NCBI GenBank assembly: GCA_963792965.1
Contig: CAWBYW010000005.1
Location: 1 to 64,000 of the forward strand
Length of the DNA stretch: 64,000 nucleotides
Origin: an uncultured delta proteobacterium
GTDB taxonomy: Bacteria; Desulfobacterota; Zymogenia; Zymogenales; Zymogenaceae
Reading direction: 5' to 3'
A model generated the notes under the pieces. It ran no database searches, had not been told where the DNA came from, and was given only the letters and a program-made list of their open reading frames with translations. Both the position numbers and the translations under genes were made by a program. Below are positions 59,067-64,000 of this stretch, one piece after another; within the stretch, counting starts at the first letter, position 1, and each line of letters starts with the position of its first letter.

Positions 59067-61450
59067 ATGAAAGTCTTCAAAGTATTCCTTATCGTTGTCG
59101 CGGCCCTTGTCATCGCGGGATACGCCTTTTACCAGATATTCTTCCGTGCGGCTCTCCCCAACTACACCGGTACCATCCAGATCAAAGGGCTCACGGCCCC
59201 GGTAGAGGTGCATACCGACGACTACGGCGTCCCCCATCTCTTCGCTAAAAACGATCACGACCTTTTCTTCGCCCAGGGCTATATTACCGCCCGGGAGAGG
59301 ATGTTCGAGATGGACGCGACGCGGCTCGCCGGCCGGGGGAGCTGTCCACCCTCTTTGGCGAAGCCACTCTCGAAAGCGACAAGTACCTTAAGACACTGGG
59401 CTTCTATCGAGTGGCGAAGAAGGAGTGGGCGGGTATGCGCCAACAGGACAAGGACCTTATTGTCGCCTACACGGACGGTGTCAATACCTATCTCGCCACC
59501 GTCAAGAGGCTCCCCCGCGAATACGCAATCCTCGGCACAAAGCCGGTGCCATGGGCGCCCGAAGACACAGTCGTCTGTGGGACGCTCATGGCGTACAGTC
59601 TCACCCGCTCAGTGAAGGCCGACCTTATGCTCTATCAGATCGGCGAGAAAGCGGGACCCGACGTATTGAGGTATCTGAAGCCGAGTTTCCCGGACTTTGC
59701 GCCGACCGTCTCAATGAAGACCGATTCCCCGGCTCGTACGAACCTTACCGGCACTGTCGCCCTGGTCTCGCTACCGTCATCTCCCCCTGGCACTGACTAC
59801 ACCCCCCTGTACCCTCCACAGGTGCCTGCAAGCAACTGGATGATCTTTTCTCCCTCAAAGACCACAACGGGCGGGGCAATCTTTACCGGAAGCCCCGATC
59901 TCGAACCGAAGATACCGGCCCTCTTCTACCTCATCCACCTGAGCTCGCCTACCTATAACGTCATCGGCGGGTCGATCCCCGGGACCCCGGGGATTACCGT
60001 GCTGGGCTTCAACGGCACTTTCGCGTGGAGCACGGTCAACGGGAGAGGAGACGAGCTCGACTATTTTGTCGAGAAAATCAACCCCACAAACCCCAACCAG
60101 TACCTGACCGAGGACGGCTATAAGGACTTTGAGCTGATCCAGGAAACGCTGAAGATCAAGACGAAGGGAGGGATCAGGGAGGAAAAGATGACCGTGAAGC
60201 TCTCGCGACACGGCCCGATTATCTCCGACGTGATACCCCTTGCCCCCCCGAACACCGCCATGAAGTGGGTAGGATTTGAGCCCGCGGGCGTCTTCCAGGC
60301 GTTTTTTGAGCTCGATCGGGCAAAGAATTTCGATGAGTTCCGCAAAGCCCTCTCCGTCATGAAAACGCCCACCCTCAATATCGGATACGCGGACATCAAC
60401 GGTAACATCGGCTACCAGTACATCGCCTCGGTCCCGATCCGCATGCAGGGCGACGGTACGCTGCCCGTGCCGGGATGGGACGGGAAATCCGAGTGGGTAG
60501 GTTACGTTCCCTTCGAGGAGCTCCCCTATGATTATAACCCGGCCAAGGGTTACCTCGGCGCTTTCAACAACCTGCCTAAGGCGCTGTCCTACTCCATCAC
60601 CAACTACTATCTCTTCGAACGCGCGATGCGCTTCGATGAGATCATGAAGGGCACCGAAAAGGTAAGCATTGAACAGGCACGGGGCTTTCAGACGGACACC
60701 GGATCGGTCGTGGCCGAGCGGTGGGTTCCCTTCATTACGGCCGCATGCGGAAAGGTCAAGGAGCTCAAGGATCCCCTTGCCCTTTTTGACGGCTGGGACT
60801 TCACCATCGACAGGAAGAGTGCGGCTGCCGCCCTCTTTGACGCCTTCTACTTCCACATGATGAAAAATACCATCGAGGACGAGATCGGGGGCGACCTCTT
60901 CATGCAGCTCTCGACGGACTATCATATCTATATGATCGACGAGATGCTGACCAAGAACATCGGTAACCGCGACTTCATCCTCTTTGACGACATCACGACA
61001 CCGGGCGTGAAGGAGAACCGCGACGACATCATCGTGAAGAGCATGAAGGACGCAGTCGCGGAGCTGGCCGACCGCATCGGGAAAAACCCCAAGGAGTGGC
61101 GATGGGGAGACATCCACCGGATGACCTTTAAGCACCCGATGGGCAAGAAACTTCCCTTCTTCAACCTCTCACCGATCCCGATCTCCGGGGATGACTTCAC
61201 GATCGGCGCCGGCGCCTGGGATAATGCGCACCCCTACGACATGACCTCGGGGGGCGTCATCAGGATGATCGTCGATTTTTCCAACATCGAAAACTCCACC
61301 TTCGTCTCCCCACCGGGCCAGTCCGGACTCCTCAAGAGCCCGCATTACGGTGATCAGGCGCGGCTCTGGGCGGACGGTCGGCAGATACCGATGCATTACG
61401 ACACCGGAAAGGACCTCAAGAGAGTGCTGATTCTCAATCCGGCGCCATAA
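59067..61450 (+). CDS. Penicillin acylase (Ntn hydrolase, S45) family; frameshift in G-run at ~59340
   Basis: DDYGVPHL, FAQGY..ARER.FEMD, A|SNW nucleophile, SRHGP, YADINGNIG, PVPGW, WRWGDIH, PGQSG..SPHY. Confidence 0.9.
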
Positions 61451-61483
61451 CGGATCGAGAACTGATATCTCTGACTATCGCTT

Positions 61484-61516
61484 AAAGGGCATCCGGGCTT
61501 ACCCGGATGCCCTTTT
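61484..61516 (+). terminator. Intrinsic terminator
   Basis: AAAGGGCATCCGGG-CTTA-CCCGGATGCCCTTTT. Confidence 0.85.
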
Positions 61517-61758
61517 GTCACCGGGTAGGCCGAATCGTCGACGGGCTTCCTTTATCGGTGCCACCCTACAAGGGACGGTTTTCCTCGGCTCGGCCGCATC
61601 GAAACGGTCTCGTGATCACCCTCTTTGCACTATACTTCTTGTAAAGGCGGCCGTCGTATGCTATCGTACTATCGTTTTACCTGCCGGGTTCGGAGGTTAT
61701 TGGCGGGGCGCCCATGCAACGGACCCCGTATATCATCTAACAGAAGAAAGGAGACCCC

Positions 61759-62661
61759 ATGAAGGCATGGATAAACGGTGAGATGACCGGGTGGGAAACT
61801 GCCACGGTTCCGCTCCTCTCACACAGCTTTTCCCGCGGCTCGGCGATCTTCGAAGTCGTGGATATCGTCAACACCGAGGCCGGCCCTGCCCTCTTCGGAC
61901 TTCCCGAGCACGTCGACCGATTTTTTAACTCCGCCGCCCTCACCTACATGGAGCTCCCCATCGCGAAAAAAGAGCTCACCGAGGCGGTCCTGGCCACAGC
62001 CAAGGAGAACGGCGTCAAGAACGGTGCCGCGAAATTCTTCGCGTACTATCCCCTCATCGAATTTTCGGTTCTCCCCACAAATCCAAAGATTGACGTGGCG
62101 ATCTTCTGTCTCGACTATGACCTTTTCGGCGTCAAACAGGAGATCCTCTCCTCGCCGGTGAAAGTGGGGATCTCGGCGCTGAAGAAGTTCCACCCCCAGA
62201 CCGTCCCTATTCACGCAAAGGTCGTCGGTAATTACGTTAACGCCTATCTTGCCAAGATGGAGGTGAAGAAGAGGGGCTTTGATGACGTGATTATGCTGGA
62301 CACAGACGGCTTCGTGGCGGAGGGGGCGACCTCTAACGTATTTTTCGTGGCCGGCAATCAGGTAACGACGCCCACGCTGAGATCGGCCCTGCCCGGCATC
62401 ACACGTCACGCTCTCATCGAGATCATCAGGGATATGGGCCATGAGATGATCGAGGGCGACATCCAGCCCGAAAAACTCTATACGTTCGACGAGGCCTTCT
62501 ACTCGGGGAGCATCGTAAAGGTGCAGCCGATCGTCTCCATCGACGGAAAGACCCTCTGTGCATCATGCCCCGGCCCGATTACGTGCGCCATCAAGGAGCG
62601 GATGAAGGACGCCATGGGGGGGAAGATAGAGAAGTACAGAAAATGGCTGACGATCATTTAA
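61759..62661 (+). CDS. Class IV aminotransferase, branched-chain amino acid aminotransferase-like
   Basis: WINGE, HVDRFFNSA, AKVVGNY, AEGATSNVF, LPGITR, DEAF. Confidence 0.88.
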   Translation: MKAWINGEMTGWETATVPLLSHSFSRGSAIFEVVDIVNTEAGPALFGLPEHVDRFFNSAALTYMELPIAKKELTEAVLATAKENGVKNGAAKFFAYYPLIEFSVLPTNPKIDVAIFCLDYDLFGVKQEILSSPVKVGISALKKFHPQTVPIHAKVVGNYVNAYLAKMEVKKRGFDDVIMLDTDGFVAEGATSNVFFVAGNQVTTPTLRSALPGITRHALIEIIRDMGHEMIEGDIQPEKLYTFDEAFYSGSIVKVQPIVSIDGKTLCASCPGPITCAIKERMKDAMGGKIEKYRKWLTII

Positions 62662-62679
62662 TCGGAGAATAGATACAAT

Positions 62680-62705
62680 GAGGGGCGGCCCAAGGGCCGC
62701 CCCTC
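62680..62705. terminator. Hairpin between convergent genes
   Basis: GAGGGGCGGCCC-AA-GGGCCGCCCCTC. Confidence 0.65.
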
Positions 62706-62792
62706 TGTCTGTTCATCCCCACCTTGCGGGCATTGAGGGCCACCTCCCGGAGCGCCCTCCGTACCGCCCTCCGAGAAGAACCTCCGGCGCCC

Positions 62793-63941
62793 TTACAGAC
62801 CCATCTTCTTGGCGATGATCTCCCTCATGATCTCGGTGGTGCCCCCAATGATGGAAAGCGCACGAATGTCCGCGTAAAGTCGCGCGACCTCGTACTCGGC
62901 CATGTACCCGTATCCGCCGTAGATCTGCGTGGCGTCGTACCCGATCCGATTGGCCATCTCGCCGACACAGGCCTTGAGCATCGAGATCTCTTTGACCACA
63001 TCCTTGCCCCGGGCAAATGCTGATGCACAGGCATACGCATGCGCCCTGTTTTGTTCGATAGCCGCGGCCATATCCGCCAGGCGGTGCCGGATCACCTGGA
63101 ATTGTGAGATCGTCTTCCCGAACGCCTTCCGCTCGCGGGCGTAGTCGATCGTCTTTTCAAGAACGTAGTCCGCCGCCCCCAGCCCTTCGACGGCGAGGAT
63201 CAGACGCTCCAGCTGCAGCTTATTCATGAGGGCGTAGAAACCCTCTCCTTCGTGCCCGAGGAGGTTCTCGGCCGGTACCGTCACGTCGTCGAAGAAGAGC
63301 TCGGCCGTGTCGGACGCATGACATCCGATCTTCTCAAGCTTATGCGACGAGAAGCCCGGCGTTCCCTTTTCCACGACGAACAGCGAGATTCCCCGATGGG
63401 CGGGAGTGGCGCCCGGGTCAGTCTTTGCCGCGACGACGATTATATCGCCATAGTGCCCGTTGGTGATGAAGGTCTTCTGACCGTTGATGACGTACGAGTC
63501 TCCGTTACGCTGCGCCCTCGTGGCGATCCCGGCCACATCGGAGCCCGCGCCCGGCTCCGTTATCGCGATGGCGCAGACGGTGCTGCCGGCGATGCAGGGG
63601 GAAAGCCACCGCTTCTTCTGTTCGTCCGTCCCAAGGCTGTTGAGATACGTGGAGGACATATCGTTGTGAACCGTGACCGATACCGCGAACCCGAGGCACC
63701 CACACCTGCCCAGCTCTTCGGCCATGACCACCCGAAACAGCTCATCCACCCCGATGCCCCCGTACACGGGGTCGTAGCAGAAGCCGAGGAAACCCATCGC
63801 CCCCAGTTCCTGCCAGATGGAGCGGGGAATCTCACGATTCTTTTCCCACTCCGTAACGAACGGCGTCACCCGCTCGGCGAGGAATTTCCTTAATTGTGTT
63901 CGAAACTGCTCATGTTCTTCGCCAAATATGTCATACTCCAT
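62793..63941 (-). CDS. Acyl-CoA dehydrogenase
   Basis: AITEPGAGSD, NGQKTFITNG, DTAELFFDD, ERKAFG, QIYGGYGY, IIGGTTEI. Confidence 0.95.
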   Translation of the reverse strand: MEYDIFGEEHEQFRTQLRKFLAERVTPFVTEWEKNREIPRSIWQELGAMGFLGFCYDPVYGGIGVDELFRVVMAEELGRCGCLGFAVSVTVHNDMSSTYLNSLGTDEQKKRWLSPCIAGSTVCAIAITEPGAGSDVAGIATRAQRNGDSYVINGQKTFITNGHYGDIIVVAAKTDPGATPAHRGISLFVVEKGTPGFSSHKLEKIGCHASDTAELFFDDVTVPAENLLGHEGEGFYALMNKLQLERLILAVEGLGAADYVLEKTIDYARERKAFGKTISQFQVIRHRLADMAAAIEQNRAHAYACASAFARGKDVVKEISMLKACVGEMANRIGYDATQIYGGYGYMAEYEVARLYADIRALSIIGGTTEIMREIIAKKMGL

Positions 63942-64000
63942 ATGCTGTTTCCCGTTGCTCCTTGATATTCACCCATAAGCTCTTGATAATAGAATATGGC

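Noticed and set aside
1-64000. CRISPR arrays, tRNA/rRNA genes, transposases, integrases, phage or defence genes
   Set aside because: None recognised by eye; tRNAscan/Infernal/HMM searches were not run, so short RNAs could have been missed.

Overview
A GC-rich bacterial chromosome segment; the gene content (sigma54 two-component system, dapB-FAH-dapL, LolA/CvpA, corrinoid methyltransferase) points to an anaerobic Gram-negative, deltaproteobacteria-like organism (inference). It carries about 55 CDSs for housekeeping and catabolism: secD'/secF, the dap operon, fba, glk, a Zur-ZnuABC-type transporter, an MttB/corrinoid demethylation module, SCP2-linked dehydrogenase genes, a penicillin acylase family protein, a class IV aminotransferase and an acyl-CoA dehydrogenase. 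Many genes, including core ones, are broken by single-base indels, often in homopolymers. This looks like unpolished long-read sequence, so several genes were reconstructed across frames. The most striking locus is a sigma54-controlled type IV minor-pilin operon (34098-43131, minus strand) in the order fimT/U-pilV-pilX-pilW with no pilY1. PilX is about 790 aa, and PilW is a giant of about 1,690 aa carrying Ig-like and two DUF1080/LamG-like domains, suggesting a pilin-adhesin fusion. A clear -24/-12 promoter, a tandem enhancer and a PilR-like activator sit just upstream. Other oddities are an archaeal-looking PRC-barrel fragment joined to mid-secD (probable chimera), an AT-rich cassette of small membrane proteins, an SCP2-E1alpha-E1beta fusion, a candidate pseudoknotted RNA, and an in-frame TGA in an oxidoreductase. 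No rRNA, tRNA, CRISPR array or transposase was recognised. All family calls come from motif recognition by eye; no database search was run.
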